NCBI GenBank assembly: GCA_044892505.1
Contig: CM097882.1
Coordinates: forward strand, 336,350,001 to 336,414,000
Length of the DNA stretch: 64,000 nt
Reading direction: 5' to 3'
Source of the DNA: Schmidtea nova
Taxonomy: Eukaryota
Shown piece after piece: positions 1 through 10,879 of this stretch. The position numbers and the translations under genes were made by a program. Below the pieces are notes generated by a model. It made no database searches. It saw only the letters and a program-made list of their open reading frames with translations, and was not told where the DNA came from. How positions within the stretch are numbered: the stretch's first letter is position 1; the number at the start of each line of letters is the position of its first letter.

Positions 1-1236
1 TAAAATCAATAATGTTTAAGTTAAAAAATTGTATTATTGTGAATTTATGGTGCCTTTTAAAGTAAAATTTGGTATACTATTTTAAAATAATATTATATTT
101 CATCTAGTGACAATCAATTTATTTTCACATGAAATTCAAAGATTATTATATTTCGTCTAGCAAAACATTTAAGTATTTTAATTAAAATAATTAATTGTTA
201 CCCTTGTGTATGATAAAAACCATTTTACATAAAAAGTAAAAATGCAAATAAAGTACATATATTAAATTCAGCACTAAGAAAAGATATTGGTAAGCAGTAT
301 TTGTCACTGACATGGATGACCACAACGCTGGTTTATTGGAGTCATGATCATTAGACATTGTCGCGGATTGTTGATTAATTGGGATTTGTCGATTGGATTA
401 ATTGTTTTGGATAATTGTTAGATATTCAAATCTGTCAAATAGATTAAAGTGATAAGACGTTGTTGCTAAGATTTCCGAACTAAGTTTCCATCTGTGTTTT
501 TGAAATTGAGGGCTATGAAAAGAATTAAGTTCAGCAGATCACTTAACTTAAAAATTTACTTGTTTTGCCAATAGAGAGAAATGATTTGCGTAGAAAATTA
601 TGCTTGGTGAATTTGAATGGTGTTCGGCTTGTTGTTGATTGAATGATGGATTGAAACAAATTGTTTCGGAATATCAATTAGTTATAAAAGTAAATTAGTT
701 ATAAATATAAAAATGAAAATAGAAAAAAAACCCTAATGTAGCATTAAAATATTTTCACAAATTAAGAATTAAAGTTTTGATTTTATCGTAAATGCAAATG
801 TAAATTAAAAATTTTATTTTAGAATACTTTCATTAATAATTAACATAAATTATAATATAAGTAAAATTTAATGTTTTATTAGTGTTTTGATGCTCGGAAT
901 GATTTATTTGAATGCAATAATAAATTTATAGTTAGGTAGAATATTAATGTTGAATTGCCGATAAAATTTTGTTGAATGCTTAAAGATAAATCGTCGAAGA
1001 AGGGGACAAAATGGGCAAGAAACCTTCTATCGGTAGCCCTTGGACCCAGGAGATATTCGGTCAATCATAGTTTCGTATTGACGACGCTCACTGATTGCGA
1101 ATACCCACCCACTTGTTACAGTACCAACGTTACATAGTGACGGGTAACAAGGTGGTAATTTCAATATTTTATGTGTTGGGTTGTTGATGAGAGCCATGGT
1201 AACGTCAAGGTCGTATTGACAATCAACAACCCACCA
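1..1236 (+). repeat. 3' part of the 5' LTR (truncated by the window start)
   Basis: No mismatch or indel found by eye versus 20807-22042; identity stops exactly at ...CAACAACCCACCA. Confidence 0.85.
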
Positions 1237-1246
1237 TATAAAAATT

Positions 1247-1264
1247 TGGGGGCTCAGCCGGGAA
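1247..1264 (+). promoter_or_regulatory. Primer-binding site, tRNA-Pro-like
   Basis: TGGGGGCTCAGCCGGGAA versus the canonical tRNA-Pro PBS TGGGGGCTCGTCCGGGAT (15/18), 10 nt after the LTR end. Confidence 0.75.
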
Positions 1265-1509
1265 ATCTCATCTAGTTTGTTTTGTTTGAAGCGAAAATCA
1301 ATGGAAATGACTGTACGCGGGAGATTATCTCATCTAGTTTGTTTTGTTTGAAGCGAAAATCAATGGAAATGACTGTACGCGGGATATTATCTCATCTAGT
1401 TTGTTTTGTTTGAAGCGAAAATCAATGGAAATGACTGTACGCGGGATATTATCTCATCTAGTTTGTTTTGTTTGAAGCGAAAATCAATGGAAATGACTTT
1501 ACGTGGGAG
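1265..1509. repeat. Tandem repeat, 62-bp unit x4
   Basis: CTCATCTAGTTTGTTTTGTTTGAAGCG... recurs at 1267, 1329, 1391 and 1453. Confidence 0.95.
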
Positions 1510-1943
1510 TTTGTTAATGTTTTTGCGTTGGAAAGATAAAAGTATTTTAAAGAAAAACGAGATTTGGTGAAAGTTTTATAAAAATCGATAATCATTTGAG
1601 TGTTTTCGACGAAAATGGGAAAAAGTTTGTGTTTGATTATTAATATTATATTGCTATTATTATTTTTGCGACATTTTGTACCATTATGGGTATTATTGTT
1701 GGGATTATGATTGTNNNNNNNNNNNNNNNNNNNNNNNNNNNNNNNNNNNNNNNNNNNNNNNNNNNNNNNNNNNNNNNNNNNNNNNNNNNNNNNNNNNNNN
1801 NNNNNNNNNNNNNNNNNNNNNNNNNNNNNNNNNNNNNNNNNNNNNNNNNNNNNNNNNNNNNNNNNNNNNNNNNNNNNNNNNNNNNNNNNAGCAAGATTTT
1901 ATTATTATTATTATTATCATTATTATTATTATTATTATTATTA

Positions 1944-1988
<45 letters not shown>

Positions 1989-2659
1989 GTGACAATGCTA
2001 TTATAAGTAGAGAATATTGTTTTGAGTACCATTTTAAATTGAGATTTGAAAAAAAAAAATTTTGGAAAATAAAAAGTCCCGAATCAGGATCACCGCGAAA
2101 GCGAATAAAAGTTAAGCCGAAAAAACGATCTTTAAGCCCCACGAGCAGCCAACGATTGAAATTGAGAGCGAATAATAACAACAGAGCGTAGAATAAGTGT
2201 CTTTGATACAAATGAACGTCAGACATAGCATGGGATAAAGAGTTGAGCCGGAATGGGCCAAAAGTCTAAGAAAATCACGGCTAAAATAGTAAAAACACCA
2301 AACCGCGACAAATGAATCCCACAAACAACCAAAAATCGTAAAATTGTTCAAATAACGTCCATAAAGCGTAGAAAGTGGGTACACCGCACCGGCAAGTGAA
2401 AAATACCTCGAAAGATAGAATGTGACAACGGAATCCGCAAAAGTGTAGAAAATCGCCGCTAAGAAATTTAAAAGATTGAAGAAATTACGGAATTTTGACC
2501 CAAGAAAGCAGTAACACCAAGTAATAATGATAGTATAGGTATCAGGATTATTATTATTGTCATTTTAACAGTAGAAACAGTAATTTGGTCAAATAATATA
2601 AAAATAAGACGGATTTATTATATCTTTATTATAATTATTACGTAATAATATATAAGAAA

Positions 2660-2865
2660 TATATTGAGTAAATTGCCGTATAACGCGCATTATTATCATT
2701 ATTATTATAATTATTATTATTACTATTATTATTATCATTTTAGTTATTATTAGTAGTAGTACTATAAGCATCTTAGTATAATTATTCTTATTATAATTAT
2801 TATAATTATTATTATTATTACTGTTATTATCATGAGTGTTACTGTAGATGTCATTATTATTACTA
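2660..2865. repeat. Degenerate (TAT)n microsatellite (similar tracts flank the N-gap at 1715-1889)
   Basis: Visible ATT/TAT runs. Confidence 0.85.
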
Positions 2866-3819
2866 ACGAATTCGATGTTATGTTATTTGATTGAGAATGA
2901 CTGAGGTATGACCCCTGTAATTTTATTTTTGTTGGCAAAAAAGGACATGGAAAGTATCGGGTCTGAAAGAAATAACAACGAAAATAGATCAATACGTGAA
3001 TTAATTGTTTTAATTAATACAAGTAGAGAATGAATGATATAATCTAATGAGTTTGAAGTTTGAATGTTGAAAAAGATAGATTGTTGAAGTCAGAATGATG
3101 CATGGTGATATTGGAATGTTGATCGCGACTCAATTCGGGAATCGAAAGCGGGAATAACTCTAAAACCTTATGAAACCATAAAATAAAATCTAACCACGAC
3201 TTAAAAACAAATAACGATACAAAATCAAACAAGAAAAAGTGAGACTTAACGCAAATATGAAAATTTTGAGATGCACAAAATTAGGACCCCAATAAAAGGA
3301 GATGTTATATGACCATGGGATGGAGTCCACACGAACCACATAGAGAATAAATTTTTGAATACACAAAAATTGCTTCCAGTAAACGAAAAATTACCAAAAT
3401 TGTGAATACCGTAAATAAAAAATATAATTATTTTAAAATTGATAAAAAGTGCAAAAATCATGAAAAAATTGTGTAAATAAATGTTTAATTATTTTTTTAT
3501 TTAGAAAATATTAGTATATTAAAAATTTAAAAAATCATAAAAATTATGTACATAATGGCTGATTATTGTAATATTTTATTCGAAAAATATCGAATATGGA
3601 CGAATGGAGAAAATTATAAAAATATAAAAATATAAAAAATATGTATAAAAATGGCTGATTATTCTGTTAACAGTAGTTTTGAAAAAATACAAAAATATAT
3701 AAAAAATTATAAAAATTCGTGTAAATAGCTGTTGAAGTTTTAGTATTTATTTTTCGTTCAAATCATAATGAATGGTTAATTCAAAAAGTTATAAACACCA
3801 GTCATCATGAATATTTTAG

Positions 3820-4302
3820 ATGGAATCGATTGAGCATATTTTACTACGAATCGAGTCGTTTTTCGATTTTGAGAATGACCCATTGCGGGTGTTGAGTGAG
3901 AAACTTGAACGAGTAAATGGAATAAAAGATGAGTTATTGTTGAATCCTAGACCACAACCTGAGAACCTAATAGTGATTGCAGGAATTGTAGGAACAACAA
4001 ACGATGTTTCGTTAGAAACAATTTACGAATTACAACGATTGCGACTGAATAATCCAAATTTTAATCTAAAAATACAAGAATGGATTGGTAAAATCGATAA
4101 AATCATGGACAAGCTAGAGAGATCGATAAATCAACAGATCGATTCGTTTGAAGGATGCTATATTTGTCGACAAAAAGAAGCGAACATTTTGTTCATGCCA
4201 TGTGGGCATTTGTGTTATTGCCAGCCGTGCTCTAGAGAAATAAAGCGATGCGTAATCTGCAAACAGACAATTGATGACAAAATCGTCGTATTCTGTTCGT
4301 AA
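3820..4302 (+). CDS. 160-aa protein with a C-terminal IAP/MDM2-type RING finger (putative E3 ligase)
   Basis: CYICRQKEANILFMPCGHLCYCQPCSREIKRCVICK; TTTTAG lies immediately before the ATG; intact ORF. Confidence 0.85.
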   Translation: MESIEHILLRIESFFDFENDPLRVLSEKLERVNGIKDELLLNPRPQPENLIVIAGIVGTTNDVSLETIYELQRLRLNNPNFNLKIQEWIGKIDKIMDKLERSINQQIDSFEGCYICRQKEANILFMPCGHLCYCQPCSREIKRCVICKQTIDDKIVVFCS

Positions 4303-4631
4303 AGAATGTCGTTCGAAATAAACGTTTTAGTCGTGTTGAACTTCGTCGATCATCCAGTAATACAAACCGTTATAAAATTAAATAAACAAAAAACATTAGG
4401 TAATTAATAACTGAGAATCGTGAAAAAACATAACAAGTAACGGCTAATGCCGAAAAATCAAACATTAGGAAAATGGGAATTTGTGGCAAAGTTATTTTCT
4501 TTTCTTTTTGAATTTTCTTTATTATTATTATTATAAATCCTCCTCATCATTATTATATTGAACCGAATTTCATTACTATAATCTTTCTTATTACCATTAT
4601 TATATTGATTATCATTATTATACTGATCATT

Positions 4632-5200
4632 ATATATATAAATATGTATGAATTAGGACGAGCAATAAGTAGCGTTATAGGAGTTGATTTTATAAGGAGA
4701 ATCTTCTGAAATAGAGCGATAAATGAGTGTCTGAGTAGGAAACAGGAAAATAGTACACAAATTCATAACTGAGCTATCAAAAGATAGTACGCCAAATTTT
4801 AACAGAGCTATCAAAAGATAGTACGCCAATTTTTTTATTATTGTTGAAAAATTAGTAGACAACAAACGGGGAAAAACCTGATCACCTTAAGGAGAAAGTG
4901 TAGAATAGGCCCCATCGCAAATGTTGATAAATTTCGTTTGTGACTGATCACCACAAATTGCGAAACGAGTTGACGCGATTTTTACGATTTTGAATTAGGT
5001 GAAAGGGCTAAACCCGTAATGTTCGTCTTATACACCAGTTTGCCAAGGCATGATTGGTACACTGAGGTAGAAGACAGTAACATAAGTAAGGAGAAAGTTG
5101 CTGAGAAAATTAGATGCAGATTTTAGAAAGTCGAAAGAGTAAAAAGCGAATTTCGATGATTATAGTAGATGATAGTTTAAATAAGAAAAGATTCTACCAT
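4632..5200 (+). pseudogene. Possible decayed ORF of unknown product
   Basis: Protein-like reading (...RDFYDFELGERAKPVMFVLYTSLPRHDWYTEVEDS...) interrupted by several TGA/TAG; no family recognised. Confidence 0.25.
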
Positions 5201-5343
5201 GGTAGTTAAGGAATCGATTCATAATTGAGAAGTAGTAGAACAATTTGAGAAAAACAGTCAGCAACAGCGAATTTAGTTAAAAATTTGAGAATAGGGAAAC
5301 GAGTGATTGAATAGCATAAAGAGAATAATCGAAGACGGCCGAG

Positions 5344-6118
5344 AAAAATTGAGAAACTTTGAGAGTTCATGTATGTGAGAGACTTTGAGAGTCCAGAAAA
5401 TTGAGAAACTTTGAGAGTTCATGTATGTGAGAGACTTTGAGAGTCCAGAAAATTGAGAAACTTTGAGAGTTCATGTATGTGAGAGACTTTGAGAGTCCAG
5501 AAAATTGAGAAACTTTGAGAGTTCATGTATGTGAGAGACTTTGAGAGTCCAGAAAATTGAGAAACTTTGAGAGTTCATGTATGTGAGAGACTTTGAGAGT
5601 CCAGAAAATTGAGAAACTTTGAGAGTTCATGTATGTGAGAGACTTTGAGAGTCCAGAAAATTGAGAAACTTTGAGAGTTCATGTATGTGAGAGACTTTGA
5701 GAGTCCAGAAAATTGAGAAACTTTGAGAGTTCATGTATGTGAGAGACTTTGAGAGTCCAGATAATTGAGAGACTTTGAGAGTCCAGATAATTGAGAGACT
5801 TTGAGAGTCCAGGTAATTTAGAGACTTTGAGAGTCCAGGTAATTTAGAGACTTTGAGAGTCCAGATAATTGAGAGACTTTGAGAGTCCAGATAATTGAGA
5901 GACTTTGAGAGTCCAGGTAATTTAGAGACTTTGAGAGTCCAGATAATTGAGCGCTCTGGGAGAGACTTTGAGAGTCCAGATAATTGAGAGACTTTGAGAG
6001 TCCAGATAATTGAGAAACTTTGAGAGTTCATGTATGGGAGAGACTTTGAGAGTCCAATGTTTGTGAAAATTGAGAAACTTTGAGAGTTCATGTATGCGAA
6101 AGACTTTGAGAGTCCAAT
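5344..6118. repeat. Minisatellite: about 30 x 26-bp monomers, the left part organised as a 52-bp dimer
   Basis: Core ACTTTGAGAG; GAAAATTGAGAAACTTTGAGAGTTCA + TGTATGTGAGAGACTTTGAGAGTCCA repeats with period 52 (5395 to 5447); 26-bp variants follow after 5760. Confidence 0.95.
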
Positions 6119-6886
6119 GTTTGTGAATATTGTCGAGAAATTTAGGAAAAACGTTTGAGAAATAGAATTAAATAAAACTGCAGTTATAATTTTGTTATGA
6201 TAGAGAGAAACGTTGAACGCGAATACTTAAGATGTAGTAAGAGAAACCGTTAACAAGAGCAGACAAAGATATCGAGAAATACCTAAGAAATAAAATAATG
6301 GCCATGAATAGATAATGAACAAGACATTTTTTTTATAACCTCGAATGCCGAGATGAATATGAAAACGAGTCGACAGGATCCTATTATTATTATAGTATTA
6401 TTATTGTTATTATTATTGTTATTATCAGGGTATAGATAACTGATACGACCATATAGATAATTATTACGAGATATAGATAATTTAAAATCTGAGCTCAGAA
6501 TAAAAGGGGGGTAAATGGCGTCGATGAAGAAGCGATATTTTTATTTAGATTGTCCAACAGATCAAAGTCAAGCCAAGAGATAGTCAAATCAATCAGTTAT
6601 TGAAGAGGTATATATAGAAGAAAAGAAGAAAAAGAAGTCTAATTGAAAAGGAAAGAAGTAAAAGAAAATAAATCAAAGAAGATCCAATTGAAGATAAACG
6701 AGAGATCAGCAATCGATATTAAACGCAAATTGATAATACTACCAAACCAACCAAGTTCGTAAAGTCGAAAGATAAAGAGTCAAATCTATTAAAAACGACG
6801 AAAGGAAATTACAAAGAAACAAAGCTGATAAATAAAGAAGAAAAATCCACAATATTTGAAAGTTTGTAGCCGATTTTCAGAAAGAA

Positions 6887-9800
6887 ATGGAGGAGAATCA
6901 GAAAGTTACCAGTGCAAACTCAGAAGATAATTTATTAGAAGAAGAGCAGAAAATAACCAGCCCAAACGTAGAAGATAATTTACAGGAAGAAGAAAAAGAA
7001 GTAGTAACAATGAAAATGCAACTACAACGGAATATCGAAGGAAAAGTAAATGAAATGATAACCGAATTATCAGACGTTGAAATCGAAAGAAAGGGAAATG
7101 TATATGAATTTTCAGTAAAAGATATGGAGGGAGAAGAAAAGAAGAAGTTTGTGGAGAAATATAACCGAAAAAGAAGAGAAAGAAGAAGCAATGATGATAC
7201 CTGTAGCATGGACGAGAAATGGGATGAATCTACGACAATCAAATTAGAAGAAGTGGCACAAAGATTGTTAAACATTACCATAGAAGAAATGGCGAAAATG
7301 AATCAGAAATCGGAAGAAAAGAGGAAATCAGCGAAGCTCGAAAGATTAAGACAAACAGAAACGTCAAAGACCGAACGATTAATCAGTAACTTAAGCAAGC
7401 GTGCAGGAAATCAATGTGAAACAACAACTGAATTACTAAAATGGGTTATAAAAAATAGTGCAAATATATCCAACATGAGATTGATAGTGAAAGAAATCGA
7501 GAAATGCAGACGTTTATGCCCTTGGTATTCAACACAATTTGATGACATCATGAGAAAATGGAAACAACTGGAACAAACAAATGATGATCCACAGATGTGC
7601 AGATTGGAAATTCAGTTTCCGAGTCTAGAAGAAATAAAGATGAATGTAGCATTAACAACAAAGATCAAAGAGATAAAAGAGAGATTACCATTCAATTTAC
7701 CATTTCACTTGAAATATGATGGAGAATCGCTGGATGATGATATAGAAATCGGTGTAACCCCGATACAAATCGAAACAAGTAATAATTTAACTGTCGATAA
7801 AATTGCAGGAAGCGAGTTGACCAGAAAAGCGAGAGGTGAAGATGACCCCGAGACAACGATAATTGCAATGATGAAAACTCCAGCTGGACCAACACTTACA
7901 AGTAACATCGAAGTTAATGGCGTAAAAATAGACGCGATGATAGATACTGGCGCAAATATATCAGCAATAGATATCGATATGATACCAGAAATGTTACGGC
8001 TATGCATCGAGAAAACATCAGTAGACGTAATAACATGCAGCAAAGAATCTGTTAATATCGTTGGAAAGATATGGACAGACATCGAATACAGAAATGTAAA
8101 AATATCAACTTATTTGACAGTAATAAAACAACTGGGTGCCTCATGCATTATTGGAACAGACTTAATACCAAAACTGTTAAAAGGATCTGTAATTGATTTG
8201 AATACGATGAAGTTGGAACACCAAATTGAAGAGAATTACACAAGAGAAACAATGATAGAACAATCAAATCCAGAAACAACCAGAAAAGGACAAGTATATA
8301 TGTTTCGAGAGAATAAAAATGATGATTGGTTACATCGTATATTAACTACGAGCAGAAAAGTAAATCAGCCAACAACAATATCTGAACAACCTAAGGTAGT
8401 TGACGATGTAAAAATGGAGCACCGCAAAAAGATGGAATTGATCATTGAGATTACCAAAGAAATTATGCCAGAATGGTCAAAAAGTAAAAATCTATTTGAA
8501 ATATTGGGAGGAGCAAGCTTAATGGTTGAGGAATATGCCAAAGGAAATGAGACGACAGAAGCGATGAATACCATAAAAGAAAGATTACCAATACTATTTA
8601 CAATTGCCAGTTTTAAAGATGAGATACCATTATATCACGTAATAAAAAGTGGGAATGAACAGAGAATGTTTGAAATCATAAAACTCATGGAAAAGTGTAA
8701 ACAACATACCAACACGAAAAACTGGAAAGATCAAACACCCTTGATGGTAGCAATTGAAAAAGGAGGATCCAAGAAACTCATAGCAGAACTGATGAGAACC
8801 GGATCAAGTTTTAAAGAAAGAGATGATAAAAATGAAACGGTGTTATCATATGCAGTGCAAGCAAATAACCATCAAATAATCAAATATATTATGTCAAATG
8901 CGACAGAAGAAGATATTGAAGTGCTCAGTTCAGATCCAAATCCATTAGTAAATGCAGTGAACAAAGATGCAGACGAAACAACAGCCAAAATGATTAAATG
9001 GTTACATCCAGTTACGCACGAAGGAGTGATAAATGTCAATGACAGATTTGAAGACGGTGAAAATATGATAATGAAAAGAGCCATGAAAAGAAAATGGAAA
9101 ATGTATAAAACGATTAAAGCATTGCTGCGAAGACCTGATTTCAAATTTACAAACAACAAAAAAGAAAAAGAAAGAATTGGATCTAAAAGACATGAATTAT
9201 ATCAGCAAGTCATCATATGGAAAGAACATATAAAAGAAAGCAGAATTCACCGAAGTTGGAACAATGCCAAAGATGAGATAACCAAGAGAGCAAATATAAA
9301 AGCCGAAGCAGATGAAATAGCTAAAAGGTACGAGGAAATAATAAAATTAATAAATGTCGAGGACGACATTTTAATCAGAACCGAGGGTGGTGCTGATGAG
9401 CACAATGAGCCTGACGATGAAGATGAAGGGAATAACAACAACAAAACAAAGAAAGATGACAATGAAAGTATCAACAGAAACAATGACAAAGACGAGAAAG
9501 ACGATGGAAAAAGCAATAACGATGAAATTGGGAACAAAGGTGATGAACCCAAGCAAGAAACTTCAAATTATGAAAAACGAACAGCATGTCTACATAAAAC
9601 TCGAATAAAAGACATAATATTGCTGAAACTGAGGCTGTCAACATTGAAAGGAACGGAAGCCGATGATAAAAGAAAACCAGTACAAGTATTAACATCAGGA
9701 GCAGATAATAAAGAAGCATGTTGGAGTAGCATCAATTTGCAAAGTAAAGGAGATAATCCAGTCAAAAGTCAACGAGCAGAAGGAGGAGAAATCCGAATAA

Positions 9801-9997
9801 ATGGATTAAAACGAGAAACAAAATATAAAATCTGTGTTTACAAAAAGAAAGCATCACAAGAAATGTTTAGAACACTCGTATGTCAGATAGTAACACATAA
9901 TGGTTCAAAAGTCACCCAAGAAGACATAAAAGTCATATTAACCGACGAGCCAGATGAGAACATCAGGATGTCGTCGAAACGCAAGTTGTCAGAGTAA
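6887..9997 (+). CDS. 1036-aa multidomain protein: charged N-terminus, ubiquitin-like domain (?), retropepsin-type aspartic protease, ankyrin repeats, D/N-rich linker, possible FN3-like C-terminus
   Basis: IEVNGVKIDAMIDTGANISAI (DTG at 7943) plus IIGTDL; ankyrin repeats KDQTPLMVAIEKG and KNETVLSYAVQANN; Ubl-like LEIQFPS...TKIKEIKERL...LKYDGESLDDD; FN3-like IRINGLKRETKYKICV. Confidence 0.85.
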   Translation: MEENQKVTSANSEDNLLEEEQKITSPNVEDNLQEEEKEVVTMKMQLQRNIEGKVNEMITELSDVEIERKGNVYEFSVKDMEGEEKKKFVEKYNRKRRERRSNDDTCSMDEKWDESTTIKLEEVAQRLLNITIEEMAKMNQKSEEKRKSAKLERLRQTETSKTERLISNLSKRAGNQCETTTELLKWVIKNSANISNMRLIVKEIEKCRRLCPWYSTQFDDIMRKWKQLEQTNDDPQMCRLEIQFPSLEEIKMNVALTTKIKEIKERLPFNLPFHLKYDGESLDDDIEIGVTPIQIETSNNLTVDKIAGSELTRKARGEDDPETTIIAMMKTPAGPTLTSNIEVNGVKIDAMIDTGANISAIDIDMIPEMLRLCIEKTSVDVITCSKESVNIVGKIWTDIEYRNVKISTYLTVIKQLGASCIIGTDLIPKLLKGSVIDLNTMKLEHQIEENYTRETMIEQSNPETTRKGQVYMFRENKNDDWLHRILTTSRKVNQPTTISEQPKVVDDVKMEHRKKMELIIEITKEIMPEWSKSKNLFEILGGASLMVEEYAKGNETTEAMNTIKERLPILFTIASFKDEIPLYHVIKSGNEQRMFEIIKLMEKCKQHTNTKNWKDQTPLMVAIEKGGSKKLIAELMRTGSSFKERDDKNETVLSYAVQANNHQIIKYIMSNATEEDIEVLSSDPNPLVNAVNKDADETTAKMIKWLHPVTHEGVINVNDRFEDGENMIMKRAMKRKWKMYKTIKALLRRPDFKFTNNKKEKERIGSKRHELYQQVIIWKEHIKESRIHRSWNNAKDEITKRANIKAEADEIAKRYEEIIKLINVEDDILIRTEGGADEHNEPDDEDEGNNNNKTKKDDNESINRNNDKDEKDDGKSNNDEIGNKGDEPKQETSNYEKRTACLHKTRIKDIILLKLRLSTLKGTEADDKRKPVQVLTSGADNKEACWSSINLQSKGDNPVKSQRAEGGEIRINGLKRETKYKICVYKKKASQEMFRTLVCQIVTHNGSKVTQEDIKVILTDEPDENIRMSSKRKLSE

Positions 9998-10149
9998 CCA
10001 GTGGAAGGAACAGTGTATATAGTGTATAAAATTATATTGTATTATAAAAGTAGAATATATTTGTATAATAAAAATTTAAAAATCCAAAAAATTGAATACC
10101 TAAAAACTGGGAAAAACAAATGATAATATTGTGTAATTATTTGACAGAA

Positions 10150-10785
10150 ATGAATCCGAACAACGAGAGTCAAAGTTATCAAACATCAGTTCCAACGTTC
10201 AATGAACCATCAAATCAAATTCAGTTTCCAGAAGATACCAATATACGAGAAAGAGAAAGGTCACTGCAGACCCCAGTAATCGAAAATGAAACGCAAAATC
10301 CAACAATTGATGATAGAAATCTGATATACCAAGTCGAAATTCCACTGTTTGATGAAACCATGAACCCAATTCAAACGACATTCGTATTAAATCAACAACT
10401 AACAAATAGCCAGACTCAATCAATATCAGCTCCGATGGTTTATCAGCAGACAATGACGCAAGAGTTATCATGGAAAACGCAATGTGAATTATTAAGCAGG
10501 ATGTTGAATCAAGCCTACGCACAATGGAAAAACGAACAAGCTTTGTTAACAGAAAGTGTAAACAGAAATTTATTATATCTTGCTAAAATGGAAGAACAAC
10601 AACAAATGATAATCCAAAAGGACCAGAGAATTGAATGGTTAACAAGACATACGGAGTGGCAAACAAACGAAATCAGAAGATTGAATGAGACGCGAGAAGA
10701 AGTTAGAGCATGGTATAACTGGTTAGACAATTTTCCAGAACCGGTTCGAGAGCCTGACTCGACGGGAAGGGATGAACTATTATAA
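10150..10785 (+). CDS. Q/T/P-rich N-terminus plus coiled-coil protein (about 211 aa), unknown function
   Basis: Open frame 10120-10785; ATG 10150 follows TTTGACAG-AA; heptad-like Q/E/L-rich C-terminal half; contains PIQTT. Confidence 0.7.
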   Translation: MNPNNESQSYQTSVPTFNEPSNQIQFPEDTNIRERERSLQTPVIENETQNPTIDDRNLIYQVEIPLFDETMNPIQTTFVLNQQLTNSQTQSISAPMVYQQTMTQELSWKTQCELLSRMLNQAYAQWKNEQALLTESVNRNLLYLAKMEEQQQMIIQKDQRIEWLTRHTEWQTNEIRRLNETREEVRAWYNWLDNFPEPVREPDSTGRDELL

Positions 10786-10879
10786 AAATTTAAAACCAGT
10801 GTAAATAAAATGTAAAAATGTGAATATGAATAAAACTTGGTATAAAGAGCAGAATGAAAAAATTGTAAATTATTTTAGA

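Noticed and set aside
879-1064. 61-aa and 70-aa ORFs at the LTR end (also 21685-22045)
   Set aside because: The frames are broken by stops in the related copies at 25.8 and 31.8 kb; the identity of the two A copies only reflects LTR duplication.
1646-2226. Long ORFs spanning N-gaps and microsatellites (also 2589-2992, 59305-60443, 61458-61820, 62507-63185)
   Set aside because: Poly-I/N/Y/L/X translations arise from TAT repeats and Ns; they are not evidence of genes.
5344-6118. CRISPR-like appearance of the 26/52-bp array (and of the 29-bp MULE repeats); ORF 5627-6091
   Set aside because: There are no unique spacers and no cas genes, the context is eukaryotic, and the ORF is a translation of the repeat.
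7597-8190. Calling the polyprotein DDI1/DDI2
   Set aside because: The active-site context is DTGA (retroelement-like), it is followed by ankyrins and it lies inside LTRs, so orthology is unsupported.
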